A DNA stretch of 64,000 nt from an uncultured Gammaproteobacteria bacterium (GTDB lineage Bacteria; Patescibacteriota; Patescibacteriia; UBA9934; GWF2-40-263). The notes beneath the pieces were generated by a model, which searched no databases, was not told where the DNA came from, and saw only the letters and a list, made by a program, of their open reading frames with translations. Shown here in pieces: positions 27,879-37,816 of the stretch. Location of the stretch: contig CAZTTQ010000001.1 of assembly GCA_964616135.1 (NCBI GenBank), positions 43,875 to 107,874 of the forward strand, written 5' to 3'. The translations under genes were made by a program, and so were the position numbers. Positions within the stretch are counted from its first letter, which is position 1. Each line of letters starts with the position of its first letter.

Positions 27879-29003
27879 ATGATCCGTCGTCTTTTTGCCG
27901 CGCTCGCGTTCGTCCTGCTCTTGCCCTATTCCGTCCATGCGCAGACGGCCGCGGGCGACGTGCCTCCGCAGGGCAGTTCCCAGAACGTCCAAGCCGTCGT
28001 GACCGAGGTGGAAAAAGACTGGACCGTGAACGGGAAACGGCAGATGATTTTCGACGCCAAGACGCAAGACGGCGCCACGTACCGCGTGGATACCACGCAA
28101 GGATACGTGGAGGGTCTCCGCTACGACGTAAAAGAAGGCACGCGCGTGTTGCTGGAAGTGAACAGCGGGGACGACGGCACCCAGGCGTACCTGGCCGACG
28201 TCGTACGCACGGACGGTCTCTTGGTGATCTTCCTCGCCTTCTGCCTGCTGACGGTGGCGGTCGGCTATTGGCGCGGGTTCGCCGCATTGATCGGTTTGGG
28301 CTTGACCCTGGGCGTCCTGTTCGGGTTCGTGTTCCCGCGCATCCTGGCCGGCGACAACCCGCTCCTCATCACCGCCGCTGGCGGCGTGGTAATTTTGGCG
28401 GTGAACATGCACCTGTCCCACGGGTTTTCCCGCCGGACGTTCGTCGCGTTCCTGTCCACGCTCGGCGGGTTCTTCCTGGCGCTCATCGCCAGCGTCGCCT
28501 TCGTCCGCCTGGCGCATTTGTCCGGCCTCGCGTCGGAAGAAGCGAACTTCCTGTTCTGGCGTTTCGGTTCCTCCACGTATCCGCAGGGAATCCTGCTCGC
28601 CGCCATCCTGCTCGGCGCGCTCGGCGTGCTGGACGACATCACCGTGACCCAAACGGAAACCGTCGCGGAGCTGAAACACGCGGACCCGTCCTTGTCCGCC
28701 AAGGAGCTGTACGTGCGCGCCATGCGCGTCGGACGCCATCACATCGCCTCCACGGTGAATACGCTCATCCTGGCGTACGTGGGCGCTTCCATGCCGCTTT
28801 TCCTCCTGTTCCTCTCCACGCCAGGCATGACGTTCACCCAGTTCCTCAACACGGAACAGGTCGCGGAAGAAATCGTCCGCACGTTGGCCGGTACCGCGGC
28901 GTTGGTGCTGACTGTCCCGTTGTCTACGTGGCTCGCGGCCCTGGTCGTGCGGGCCAAGGACGGTCACGGCGCGGGACACGGACATACCCACAGCGGTGCT
29001 TGA
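27879..29003 (+). CDS. YibE/F family membrane protein
   Basis: GALGVLDDITVTQ; HIASTVNTLILAYVGA; EEIVR. Confidence 0.88.
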   Translation: MIRRLFAALAFVLLLPYSVHAQTAAGDVPPQGSSQNVQAVVTEVEKDWTVNGKRQMIFDAKTQDGATYRVDTTQGYVEGLRYDVKEGTRVLLEVNSGDDGTQAYLADVVRTDGLLVIFLAFCLLTVAVGYWRGFAALIGLGLTLGVLFGFVFPRILAGDNPLLITAAGGVVILAVNMHLSHGFSRRTFVAFLSTLGGFFLALIASVAFVRLAHLSGLASEEANFLFWRFGSSTYPQGILLAAILLGALGVLDDITVTQTETVAELKHADPSLSAKELYVRAMRVGRHHIASTVNTLILAYVGASMPLFLLFLSTPGMTFTQFLNTEQVAEEIVRTLAGTAALVLTVPLSTWLAALVVRAKDGHGAGHGHTHSGA

Positions 29004-29028
29004 CGGCCCCCGCGGCGCTCCGTACAGT
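29000..29028 (+). promoter_or_regulatory. Promoter for greA-lysS
   Basis: TTGACG-N17-TACAGT. Confidence 0.6.
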
Positions 29029-29089
29029 AGAGCAAACGATGTTGGACACGCTCGTGGCGATTTCCGCCGCGGGCCCTTTTTTTCGCCTT

Positions 29090-29542
29090 ATGCCCACGTA
29101 TCTTTCCGCGGACGGTTTGGAGAAATTGAAGCAGGAATGGGAGGACCGCAAGACCAAGGTCCGTGCGGAAATCGCGGAAAAAATCAGCGCCGCCAAGGAA
29201 TTGGGCGACCTGTCCGAAAACTTCGAATATCAGGAGGCAAAAGAACAGCAGGGGCAAAATGAGGGACGCATCATGGAGCTTGAATCCATGATCAAGGATT
29301 TTTCCCTGGTGGAGCAGCAAAAAGGCGGCACCATCAACCTCGGTTCCCGGTTCTCGGTCCAGGTGAACGGCGCCAAGCGCCAATTTGAAATCGTCGGTTC
29401 GTCCGAGGCGGATCCGCTGCAGGGCAAGATCAGCAACGAGTCCCCGCTTGGCCAGGCCTTCATGGGCCGCGGAGAAGGAGAAGTGGTGGAGGTGAAAGTT
29501 CCGTCCGGCCTCATGTCGTATAAGATCCTCTCCATCGCCTAA
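29090..29542 (+). CDS. greA: Transcription elongation factor GreA
   Basis: GDLSENFEY; ISNESPLG. Confidence 0.93.
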   Translation: MPTYLSADGLEKLKQEWEDRKTKVRAEIAEKISAAKELGDLSENFEYQEAKEQQGQNEGRIMELESMIKDFSLVEQQKGGTINLGSRFSVQVNGAKRQFEIVGSSEADPLQGKISNESPLGQAFMGRGEGEVVEVKVPSGLMSYKILSIA

Positions 29543-29543
29543 T

Positions 29544-31019
29544 ATGCAAGAAGAACAGGCACGCAGGGAACGGTTGGAGGCGCTGCGCGCGTCCGGCGTT
29601 GACCCATACCCGGCCCGGGTGTCCCGGACCCATTTCGTGTCCTCGTTCTTGGCGGCGTTTGACGCGCTTGCCGCGGCACAGCAGTCCGCCACGTTGGTCG
29701 GCCGCCTCCGCACCGTGCGCAAGCACGGCGGATTGACGTTCGCCCAGCTGGAGGACGGCTCCGGCGTGGTCCAGATCGCCATCCGTAAGGACCACGTGGG
29801 TGAGGACGTCTATGAGTTCTTCCACAAGACGGTCGACATGGGGGACTTCGCGGAAGTCACGGGCGTCCCGTTTATCACCAAAAAAGGCGAACGCTCGTTG
29901 GATGCCGCGTCCTACCGCGTCATCACTAAGACGCTGTTGCCGATGCCGGAAAAGTGGAGTGGGCTCCAGGACGTGGAAACCCGTTACCGCCAGCGCTATC
30001 TGGATTTGATGTCGAATGAGGACGTGCGCCGCATTTTCCGCGTGCGCGCGGCCATGCTGACGGGCTTCCGCCGCTACCTGGACGAACACGGGTTCTTGGA
30101 AGTGGAAACCCCGGTACTTCAGGCCATTCCCGGCGGCGCCTCTGCCCGTCCGTTTATCACGCACCACAACGCGTTGGACGCGGACTTGTACCTGCGCATC
30201 GCGCCGGAATTGTATTTGAAGCGCCTGCTGGTCGGCGGCTATGAGCGCGTGTATGAAGTCGCGCGTTGTTTCCGCAATGAAGGCATCGACCGCTCCCACA
30301 ACCCGGAGTTCACGCAGATCGAGGCGTACGCCGCCTACATGGACTACCGCGAGCTGATGGACTTCGTGCAGGGCATGGTCGTGTCCGGCATTACCGCGAC
30401 CGGCTTGGATCCCAAGGCCGTACCGTGCCAAGGCGACGTGCTGGATTTCGCGTCCCCGTGGCCGCGCCTCACGTACCGTGACGCGTTGTTGCAATACGCC
30501 AAATTGGACATCGAACAATGCCCCACGCGCGACTTGCTCGCCAAGGCCGCCATGAAGTTGGGCGTGCCCGTGGAAAAAACCGACAGCCACGGCACCATCG
30601 CCGACAACGTCTACAAGCATTTCGTCCGTCCGAATATCGTGCAGCCGACCTTCGTCATTGATTTTCCGGCGGAATTGACCCCGCTTGCCAAGCGCAAGGC
30701 GGAGGATCCGCGCTACGTGGAAATGTTCCAGTTGGTGTACGGCCGCGGCGTGGAAAACGTAAAGGCGTTTTCCGAGCTGAACGACCCGTTGGACCAGGAG
30801 GCGCGCTTCAAGGAACAAGAAGCCGCGCGCCAGGGCGGAGATGAAGAGGCCCAGTTCGGGGACGACGATTTCGTCACCTCGTTGAAGCACGGCATGCCGC
30901 CGACGGCCGGCTTCGGCATCGGCATCGACCGTTTTGCCGCCACGCTCGCGGACGCGCACGCGTTGAAAGAAGTGATTTTGTTCCCGACCCTGAAGCCGGC
31001 GGCGCCGGCCCAGGAGTAA
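29544..31019 (+). CDS. lysS: Lysine--tRNA ligase (class II)
   Basis: RYRQRYLDL, LRIAPELYLK, FRNEG, GMPPTAGFGIGIDR. Confidence 0.97.
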   Translation: MQEEQARRERLEALRASGVDPYPARVSRTHFVSSFLAAFDALAAAQQSATLVGRLRTVRKHGGLTFAQLEDGSGVVQIAIRKDHVGEDVYEFFHKTVDMGDFAEVTGVPFITKKGERSLDAASYRVITKTLLPMPEKWSGLQDVETRYRQRYLDLMSNEDVRRIFRVRAAMLTGFRRYLDEHGFLEVETPVLQAIPGGASARPFITHHNALDADLYLRIAPELYLKRLLVGGYERVYEVARCFRNEGIDRSHNPEFTQIEAYAAYMDYRELMDFVQGMVVSGITATGLDPKAVPCQGDVLDFASPWPRLTYRDALLQYAKLDIEQCPTRDLLAKAAMKLGVPVEKTDSHGTIADNVYKHFVRPNIVQPTFVIDFPAELTPLAKRKAEDPRYVEMFQLVYGRGVENVKAFSELNDPLDQEARFKEQEAARQGGDEEAQFGDDDFVTSLKHGMPPTAGFGIGIDRFAATLADAHALKEVILFPTLKPAAPAQE

Positions 31020-31027
31020 TCCCGCGT

Positions 31028-31402
31028 ATGTCCGCCCGAAAACTCGTGCTTGCCTTCGGAACCTTCGACGTGTTCCACAAGGGGCACGAGTTTTTGCTTG
31101 CCGAAGCGGCCAAGTTGGGGGATCTGCGCGTGGCCGTGGCGCGTGACGCGCACGTGCGTGCCCTGAAGGGCAGGGAACCCGCGCGCGGGGAGGCGCAACG
31201 CCTCGCGACCGTGGCGCGCGTGCCGGGCGTCGCCTCCGCGGTGCTGTCCGACGTGGAGTTGGGCACCTACGGCGTCGTCCGCGCCTACGCGCCGGACCTG
31301 ATCGTCCTCGGCCACGACCAAACGGCGCTCAAGGCGGATTTGGAACGCTGGATGGAAGAAACGGGCGTCCGCGCGGCAGTGGTTCAACTTCCCAAGGTCT
31401 GA
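31028..31402 (+). CDS. Cytidylyltransferase-like nucleotidyltransferase
   Basis: FGTFDVFHKGH; LGHDQ. Confidence 0.8.
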   Translation: MSARKLVLAFGTFDVFHKGHEFLLAEAAKLGDLRVAVARDAHVRALKGREPARGEAQRLATVARVPGVASAVLSDVELGTYGVVRAYAPDLIVLGHDQTALKADLERWMEETGVRAAVVQLPKV

Positions 31403-31403
31403 T

Positions 31404-32543
31404 ATGCCCATGCACCGCACCTGGGTCGAATTGGACGAGCGCGCGTTGGTGAATAATCTGAACGTGCTGCGTTCATTGATGGCGCCGGGCGCCCGTTTTT
31501 GCGCCGTCGTGAAGGCGAACGCATACGGCCACGGCTTGCGCGAAACCGTCCAGATCTTGGCACGTAATGGCGTGGATGCGTTTGCGGTGGATTCTCTGGA
31601 CGACGCGTTGGCGCTGCGTTCGATTTTGCCGTCCGCATTGGTGTTGGTCACCGGCTACGTGTTGCGCGAACGGCTGGCCGAAGCCGCGCGCGCGGACCTG
31701 TCATTGACCGTATACGATCGGGAGACGATCCGCGCGTTGGAGGAACTAGCGGCGGGAGACGCCCGGACGGTGCGCGTCCATCTGAAATTAGAAACGGGCA
31801 CGAATCGCCAAGGGGTGCTGCCTGAAGGCCTTTCGGACGTCCTGGAGACCCTTCGGCAATGCCCGCGGGTTCTGTTGGAAGGCGTCTCCACCCATTTCGC
31901 CAACATTGAAGACCCGGCGGACACGCGTTTTGCTACCTTGCAGCTGACGCGTTTTCAAGAAGGGTTGAATGCGGTGCGCATGGCCGGATTCGATCCTTCC
32001 TTGGTGCACTGTGCCTGCAGCGCGGCGCTCATTTTGTATCCTGACACGCATTTTTCCATGGTCCGGGCGGGCATTTCGCTCTACGGCCACTGGTCCGCGC
32101 CGGAAACGCAACTCGCCGCGATCAAACACGTGGTAAAATGCGACCTAAGCCCCGTGCTGTCCTGGAAGACGCGCGTCGCCCAAGTGAAGCAGGTGCCCGC
32201 GGGTGTTTCCGTGGGCTACGAGTTGTCCGAAGTGACGCGCAAACCGACGCGGCTGGCGATTTTGCCCGTGGGATACTGGGACGGGTATGACCGGTCCTTG
32301 TCCTCCGTGGGCGAAGTGCTCATTGCCGGCAACCGCTGCAAGGTGGTCGGCCGCGTGTGCATGAACATGCTGATGGTCGACGCTTCCGCCGTGCCGAACC
32401 TCCAGCCGGAACAAGAAGCCGTCCTCATCGGCCGCGGCGGCCGCCACCACGTGACGGCGGAGGAAATCGCCGCGCGCACCGGCACCATCGCCTACGAGAC
32501 CTTGTCCCGCATCCATCCAACCCTTCCGCGTATCGTCGTGTGA
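31404..32543 (+). CDS. alr: Alanine racemase
   Basis: AVVKANAYGHG; GRVCMN; GTIAYE. Confidence 0.95.
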   Translation: MPMHRTWVELDERALVNNLNVLRSLMAPGARFCAVVKANAYGHGLRETVQILARNGVDAFAVDSLDDALALRSILPSALVLVTGYVLRERLAEAARADLSLTVYDRETIRALEELAAGDARTVRVHLKLETGTNRQGVLPEGLSDVLETLRQCPRVLLEGVSTHFANIEDPADTRFATLQLTRFQEGLNAVRMAGFDPSLVHCACSAALILYPDTHFSMVRAGISLYGHWSAPETQLAAIKHVVKCDLSPVLSWKTRVAQVKQVPAGVSVGYELSEVTRKPTRLAILPVGYWDGYDRSLSSVGEVLIAGNRCKVVGRVCMNMLMVDASAVPNLQPEQEAVLIGRGGRHHVTAEEIAARTGTIAYETLSRIHPTLPRIVV

Positions 32544-33433
32544 GACACCGCCCCTCCTATTTCCAACGGGCCCAACACAAGCGCTATGAATCGCGCTCGT
32601 TTCAGAATCCGTATTTCCGCCCGAAGGAACCGCGGCGCTGGATCGGCTACGCGGTCGGCGTCCTCTGCCTTGCGGGCACCGTGGGCGGCACCTGGGCGCT
32701 GTTGTCCGCTCCCGCGTTCGCGTACGCGGACGTGCGCGTAGAAGGCACGGAGACCATCCCCGCCGCGGACGTGGAACGGGACGTGCGCGCGTACATGGAA
32801 GAACCGGTCCTCCGCGCGTTCCGCCACGCGAACCGATTTCTCTTTGACGCCGACGCGTTGCGGGACCGCTTGTCCGCCGCGTACCCATTCGACCGCGTAA
32901 CGGTGGAGGCCAAAGGGAAGGGGGTCAGCGTGCGCGTCCGGGAACGCCAAAGCGAACTGCTGTGGCGCAGCGGCGGGCGCCTATGGCTCGTCGACCTGCA
33001 AGGCGCGGTCATCCGCCCGCTTTCAGAGGAAGAAACTGTGGGCATCGCCGGACCCGCGCCCGCGTGGGAACCGGGCGCACCGTTGCCGCCGCTGTTGCGA
33101 CTGAAGCGCCTGCAGACGTTCGTCGACGTGAACGGAGAGGACGTCGCGGTCGGCGGCTCGGTGCTGTCCGCCGCGGAAGTGTCGGGCATCCGCCAGGTCC
33201 AGGACAAACTGTTGGACCTGGGTATCCCGTTTACGGAAACGCGGGTCGACCGCATCGCGGGACAACGCGTTTCCATCCGCGCCCTGTCCGGTTACGACAT
33301 CCTGATCAACCCGCTGGGCGACCCCGCGGCACAGGCGGACCGTCTGGCCGCGTTGCTCCGGAATACCATCAAGCAGCCGAAGACCCTCGAATACGTAGAC
33401 CTCCGTTTCGGCGATCACGTGTACTACAAATAA
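32540..33433 (+). CDS. FtsQ/DivIB-like cell division protein
   Basis: TM, POTRA-like segment, C-terminal YVDLRFGDHVYYK. Confidence 0.75.
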   Translation: MRHRPSYFQRAQHKRYESRSFQNPYFRPKEPRRWIGYAVGVLCLAGTVGGTWALLSAPAFAYADVRVEGTETIPAADVERDVRAYMEEPVLRAFRHANRFLFDADALRDRLSAAYPFDRVTVEAKGKGVSVRVRERQSELLWRSGGRLWLVDLQGAVIRPLSEEETVGIAGPAPAWEPGAPLPPLLRLKRLQTFVDVNGEDVAVGGSVLSAAEVSGIRQVQDKLLDLGIPFTETRVDRIAGQRVSIRALSGYDILINPLGDPAAQADRLAALLRNTIKQPKTLEYVDLRFGDHVYYK

Positions 33434-33440
33434 CCGGCCT

Positions 33441-34700
33441 ATGGATTTGTTGAAATACGACGGCGGCTACATGCGCATTACCGACGCGGACCGCGCTTCG
33501 TTCCGCCCAAAGACGGAGGCGGCGCACGATCGCGTGGAAGCCGTCCGCGCCTCGGGCGCCCAGGGGTGGTTCGACCTGCCTTCGACCAATGTGACGGACG
33601 TCCTGGCGGAAGCCAAGCGTCTGCATAAGGCATTCAAACGGCTCGTCGTCGTCGGCATCGGCGGGTCTGATTTGGGTGCCCGCGCCCTGGTACAGGCATT
33701 GGGGAAACCCGGCGCCATGGAAGTCAGCTTCGTCTCGTCTCCGGACGCACACGTGCTGCAGCCGTACTTGAAGGCTTCCAAGGATTGGTGGGCCGGCACG
33801 GCGCTGTTTGCCGTATCCAAGTCCGGCGGCACGGTGGAGACGCTGACGGCATTTTTCTTGCTGCGCAAGGCCTTGATGAAGGCCGTGGGCATGAAGGCGC
33901 ACCGGGCGCACGTGAGCCTGATGTCGGACCCGGTGCCGGGTAATCCGTTGGTCGCGTTTGCCGCGCAAGAGGCGTACGCGTTTTTACCGCATCCGGTGAA
34001 CGTCGGCGGGCGGTTTTCCGTGCTCTCCGGCGTGGGCTTGCTGCCCGCCGCCTGCGCGGGAGCGGACGTGAAGCGTTTATTGGCCGGTGCCAAGGCCATG
34101 GAAGACGCCCGGCGCAAAGAAGGCGCCAAGCACGCCTCCATGCGGTACGTCGCCGATCAGTTCATCTCCATGATGGGCGGGCGCCGTATCCATGTCCTCA
34201 TGCCGTATAGCCAGGCGTTGGAACAGGTCGGCCGTTGGTACCGCCAACTCTGGGCCGAATCCTTGGGGAAGAACGGCCAGGGCCCGACGCCGGTCGCCGC
34301 CTTGGGTCCCGTGGACCAGCATTCGCAGATGCAGCTGTACGTCCAAGGGCCGGAGGACAAGACCGTGACGTTCATTGAAGTGGCCGACTACGGATCAGAG
34401 CTCGTCGTGCCCGCCATCTCGGGTGCGCCGGCGTTTGCTTGGCTCTCCGGCCTTGAATCGGGGCAGATCCTGCGGGCCGAACGCCGCGGCAGCGCGGACG
34501 CCTTGGCTGCCGCGGGACGTCCATGCTCGACGATCACGCTCGCCAACTTGGAACCCGAATCCGTCGGCGCGCTGCTCATGTTTTACGAACAATCGACCGT
34601 CAACCTGGCGGCGCTTATGGGCGTGGACGCGTATGACCAGCCGGGGGTGGAAGACGGCAAGCGCCGCGCAAAAGCCCTCTTAACGGGCCGTAAGGTCTGA
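33441..34700 (+). CDS. pgi: Glucose-6-phosphate isomerase
   Basis: GIGGS, SKSGGTVET, GGRFSV, QLWAESLGK, DQPGVE. Confidence 0.95.
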   Translation: MDLLKYDGGYMRITDADRASFRPKTEAAHDRVEAVRASGAQGWFDLPSTNVTDVLAEAKRLHKAFKRLVVVGIGGSDLGARALVQALGKPGAMEVSFVSSPDAHVLQPYLKASKDWWAGTALFAVSKSGGTVETLTAFFLLRKALMKAVGMKAHRAHVSLMSDPVPGNPLVAFAAQEAYAFLPHPVNVGGRFSVLSGVGLLPAACAGADVKRLLAGAKAMEDARRKEGAKHASMRYVADQFISMMGGRRIHVLMPYSQALEQVGRWYRQLWAESLGKNGQGPTPVAALGPVDQHSQMQLYVQGPEDKTVTFIEVADYGSELVVPAISGAPAFAWLSGLESGQILRAERRGSADALAAAGRPCSTITLANLEPESVGALLMFYEQSTVNLAALMGVDAYDQPGVEDGKRRAKALLTGRKV

Positions 34701-34706
34701 CCGGCT

Positions 34707-35114
34707 ATGAAGATCCGTTACGTCTTCGGGACGATGGCCGCCGTATACCTTCTCAACTCCTTTTTTTACCCAGCGATGAGCGCTTGGTGGCGCGAGGTGG
34801 ACGTGCCGATGCATTTCTTGGGCGGGCTTCTGTCGGGCCTGCTCGGCCTTGCGTGTTGGGAGTGGCTTCAGGCCCGTTATCACGTGAAAAACGTTCCTAC
34901 GTGGACGGTGGCGCTCTTGGCCGTGTGTTTTACCGCGTTCGTCGCCGTGTCCTGGGAACTGTATGAGTTCGGCGTGGATGCTTGGCACCGGAGCAGGGGA
35001 ATCATCGCCCTCACGCAACAGCCGTCCGTCGCGGACACGATGGCGGACATGGCGTTAGGTCTGTTGGGTGCCGCAGTCAGCACGTTGACCTTGGTGCGTC
35101 GTTCGAGGTCGTAA
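34707..35114 (+). CDS. Membrane protein (VanZ/DUF2238-like)
   Basis: DVPMHFLGG..WELYEF..DTMADM..GLLG. Confidence 0.7.
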   Translation: MKIRYVFGTMAAVYLLNSFFYPAMSAWWREVDVPMHFLGGLLSGLLGLACWEWLQARYHVKNVPTWTVALLAVCFTAFVAVSWELYEFGVDAWHRSRGIIALTQQPSVADTMADMALGLLGAAVSTLTLVRRSRS

Positions 35115-35184
35115 GGATTACTCTTTCCAGGTAGTGTCGTAAAACGAAGTAACAGGGAAGGACGGAGCAGGGGAAGGTGATCGC

Positions 35185-35216
35185 AAAAACGGGTACCGAT
35201 GCGGGTACTCGTTTTT
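35185..35216. terminator. Bidirectional terminator
   Basis: AAAAACGGGTACC-N6-GGTACTCGTTTTT. Confidence 0.75.
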
Positions 35217-35356
35217 CGTTCGTCCCCATCTCTGCGCGCGGGAAAAATGTTTTCCGACGCGTCCGGATTTTTCTCCTACGCGGTTTTATTTTTTGCGCGG
35301 AAGAAAAATTTCGTCGCACGAATCTTTTCTTTGTGTCTGGTTATATCTTCCGAGAG

Positions 35357-35378
35357 GCCCTTCGACTGCGCTCAGGGC
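35357..35378. repeat. REP-like palindromic half-element
   Basis: GCCCTTCGACTGCGCTCAGGGC. Confidence 0.55.
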
Positions 35379-35696
35379 GGTCAGCATCATAAAGAGCAAA
35401 AAATGCTGACCGTTTAAAATCGCCTAGGTTGATTTGAGGGGTACTAGGATACCTGTGGCTATAGAGCCCTATGGCGCGTTTTTACGGCTTTGCGTGCATG
35501 GGGTCATCTGGAGCATGGAAAACGTCCTGAGGCACGTATAGAGGGCCGTGCGGGTTTGAAATAGAGGTACGTAGATAGGTCCAAATACAAACGGAGCGAA
35601 TAGAGATACGGACAGAAACGAATCCGCAAACGCGGAATCTATTTTGCGACAACGGCTTAAGAAGACCCGCAGAGCAGGTGTCGACAAAATGGATTC

Positions 35697-35753
35697 ATCT
35701 TAGATGACACTACAGCCCCGCGGCCTTTTCTAGGCTGTAGTGTCGTCTAAGAT
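35697..35753. repeat. 21-bp inverted repeat
   Basis: ATCTTAGATGACACTACAGCC vs reverse complement ATCTTAGACGACACTACAGCC; 1 mismatch; 15-nt spacer. Confidence 0.9.
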
Positions 35754-35767
35754 ATAATGTGCGACAC
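35740..35767. other. Candidate dif-like (Xer) site
   Basis: GTGTCGTCTAA-GATATA-ATGTGCGACAC 11-6-11 layout at the gene-strand convergence. Confidence 0.45.
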
Positions 35768-35877
35768 CACGTATCGAATAAGGAAACCGGGCGGAAAAGA
35801 AGAAAACCCCCTGCCCTCCGATGCGGATCGGAAGAGGCAAGGGGCAAGGAGGTCCATGAAGACGGACCGGACGTATT

Positions 35878-36237
35878 TCAGAACCTGGAGAGGTCCTTCA
35901 GCTCCACGGCGTCATCCGGGTGCGGACGGCAGAGGACGCAGCGCGGCGCTTCCAGGGCCGTTCCCTGCTCCACGACGGCGTGGAAGGTCTCGGCGCTGCA
36001 CGGAACGCACGAACGCGGTTCGTAGCGCGTCACGACGATCGGGACATGCTCATCGCTCTCGCCGAAGACCGTGACGGTCTTGCAGCGCTCGCAGACGTTC
36101 GCGGGACGGATCGTCCCGTTCACGAAGTTTCCCTTGTGCTGCAGCGTATTCGTGCCGCAGCGTTCGCACCTCCTGTGTCCGACGGTGGTCTGCACCAAGT
36201 TGGTGGGCCTGGACGGGACGGTCGTGGCGGGCGCCAT
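35878..36237 (-). CDS. Small double Zn-ribbon protein (accessory class)
   Basis: Four CxxC pairs; terminator at ~35797-35844. Confidence 0.7.
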   Translation of the reverse strand: MAPATTVPSRPTNLVQTTVGHRRCERCGTNTLQHKGNFVNGTIRPANVCERCKTVTVFGESDEHVPIVVTRYEPRSCVPCSAETFHAVVEQGTALEAPRCVLCRPHPDDAVELKDLSRF

Positions 36238-36348
36238 GCGGGGCGTGCCCTCTTCGAGGAACGTGGGACCGGAAGTGGTCCGGAACGAGCCTACCAGGTC
36301 TTTCCGCCAAACGCAAAACCGCCCCGTGGAGGGCGGTTGGCACGGCGC

Positions 36349-36567
36349 TTACGCGAGTTGGTTCAGGAACGGCGTGAAGTAGGCTAAGGCGAGCATGGCG
36401 CTTCCCAACAGCACCAGGGAGAACGCGAGCGAGACCAGGCCCTTCAGCAAGGGATCCTCATTGGAGACGTTCATCAGCACGTAGACCGTAATGGCGAACG
36501 TGGCGGTGATGGGACCGATCACGAAGATCCAACCGACGGCCTTCACGATGAATAACAGGTTGAACAT
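36349..36567 (-). CDS. Small 2-TM protein
   Basis: 72 aa, hydrophobic; starts 4 nt after the upstream stop. Confidence 0.7.
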   Translation of the reverse strand: MFNLLFIVKAVGWIFVIGPITATFAITVYVLMNVSNEDPLLKGLVSLAFSLVLLGSAMLALAYFTPFLNQLA

Positions 36568-36571
36568 AGAC

Positions 36572-37792
36572 TCAGAATGACGGGAGGTATGGCAGCGGAT
36601 TCACCGGAATGCCTTCTTTGCGGACTTCAAAGTGCAGGTGCGGGCCCGTGGACAATCCGGCGCCGGGCGACCCGGCAAGGCCGCCGGAGAGCGCGATCAC
36701 GTCGCCGCGGTTCACGAACTGGTCCGGCTTTACGAGCGGCTTGGACAAGTGGGCGTACAAGGTCGCCAGACCGTCCGCGTGGATGATCATGACGTAGTTG
36801 CCGTATTGCGACCCTTTGCGGACCCAGGCAACGTATCCAGGCGCCGCAGAACGGACCTGCGTTCCTTGGGGCTGCGGGATGTCCAAGCCCATGTGCTCAA
36901 ACAGGTAGCGGAACGGATACGTGGGGTCATGGAACAAGGTGGAAAGACCGCGGTAGCTTGGGTCCACCGGCCACGCCATCGGGCCGCTGGTGTCTTCCCC
37001 GTCCAATTTTGATTCCAGTTGGCGTTGGAGCTTTGCCACTTCGCCGTTGGTCCGCTGCTGTTCTTCTTTTAGGTCCAGCAGGAGCGTGCGGAACTGGTTT
37101 TCAGACGACTTGGTGGCGGCCAGCAAGCCTTCCTTGGCCCCCGTCTCCGTCTGCAGGCGCGTCTTCATGGTTTGGAGCTGGCCTTCCAGTTCTTCCAACC
37201 GCTTGCGCTTGCCGTCTTTGGCCGCGCGCGTGGCAAGCAGTTGGTCCCGGGCAAGTTTTGCCTTGCGCGACGCTTCGGCGAGGTCCGTATTGAGGTTTTC
37301 CAGTGACTGGAGGCGGTCGAAAATCTCTCCGAACGTCTCCGAGCCGAACAGGACCTGCAGGTTCATGTCGTTGTCCAGCGAATTGATGCGCAGCAAAAGC
37401 TGGGACATCAGTTCTCGCTGACGGGCCAGACGCGCGTTGGCGTCCGCCGCCTGGCGGTCCAAGACGGCAATCTCCGCGTTCACGGCGTCCATGTCCACGT
37501 GCGTCGCCTCCAGGTCCAGGTTGGTCTTTTCCACGCGGTTGGACAGGAGGTCCAACGAATCCTTGAGGGACTTCCCTTCCTGCTCTTTCTTTTTGATCTG
37601 CGCGCTGTACGTGTCGATGCGCCGCTGCAAATCCGTGAGCCGCGCCTTGCTGGCGGCGATGTCCTCATTGAGGCTGCGGATGCCGACGTCTTCCAATGGC
37701 AGGGTCCCCGTTTGCGCATACGTAAAACCGACCCCACCGGAAACGAGGAATATCGCACCCAGCAACGTCGGAAGAACGCGCATGTACTTCAT
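36572..37792 (-). CDS. Coiled-coil M23 peptidase (EnvC-like architecture)
   Basis: Signal peptide, long coiled coil, HMGLD, YAHL, TGPHLHFE. Confidence 0.88.
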   Translation of the reverse strand: MKYMRVLPTLLGAIFLVSGGVGFTYAQTGTLPLEDVGIRSLNEDIAASKARLTDLQRRIDTYSAQIKKKEQEGKSLKDSLDLLSNRVEKTNLDLEATHVDMDAVNAEIAVLDRQAADANARLARQRELMSQLLLRINSLDNDMNLQVLFGSETFGEIFDRLQSLENLNTDLAEASRKAKLARDQLLATRAAKDGKRKRLEELEGQLQTMKTRLQTETGAKEGLLAATKSSENQFRTLLLDLKEEQQRTNGEVAKLQRQLESKLDGEDTSGPMAWPVDPSYRGLSTLFHDPTYPFRYLFEHMGLDIPQPQGTQVRSAAPGYVAWVRKGSQYGNYVMIIHADGLATLYAHLSKPLVKPDQFVNRGDVIALSGGLAGSPGAGLSTGPHLHFEVRKEGIPVNPLPYLPSF

Positions 37793-37816
37793 GCCGGAAT
37801 CCTAACACTTTTGCCT

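Noticed and set aside
35647-35660. 14-bp match CGACAACGGCTTAA to the OLD-islet edge (56395-56408, reverse strand)
   Set aside because: Both sites are non-coding, but an isolated 14-mer match can arise by chance in 64 kb and does not extend.
35115-35877. tmRNA, RNase P or SRP RNA in the large gap
   Set aside because: No GGGG..CCA tRNA-like ends, no GAGGAAAGUCC motif and no SRP helix-8 motif were recognised.
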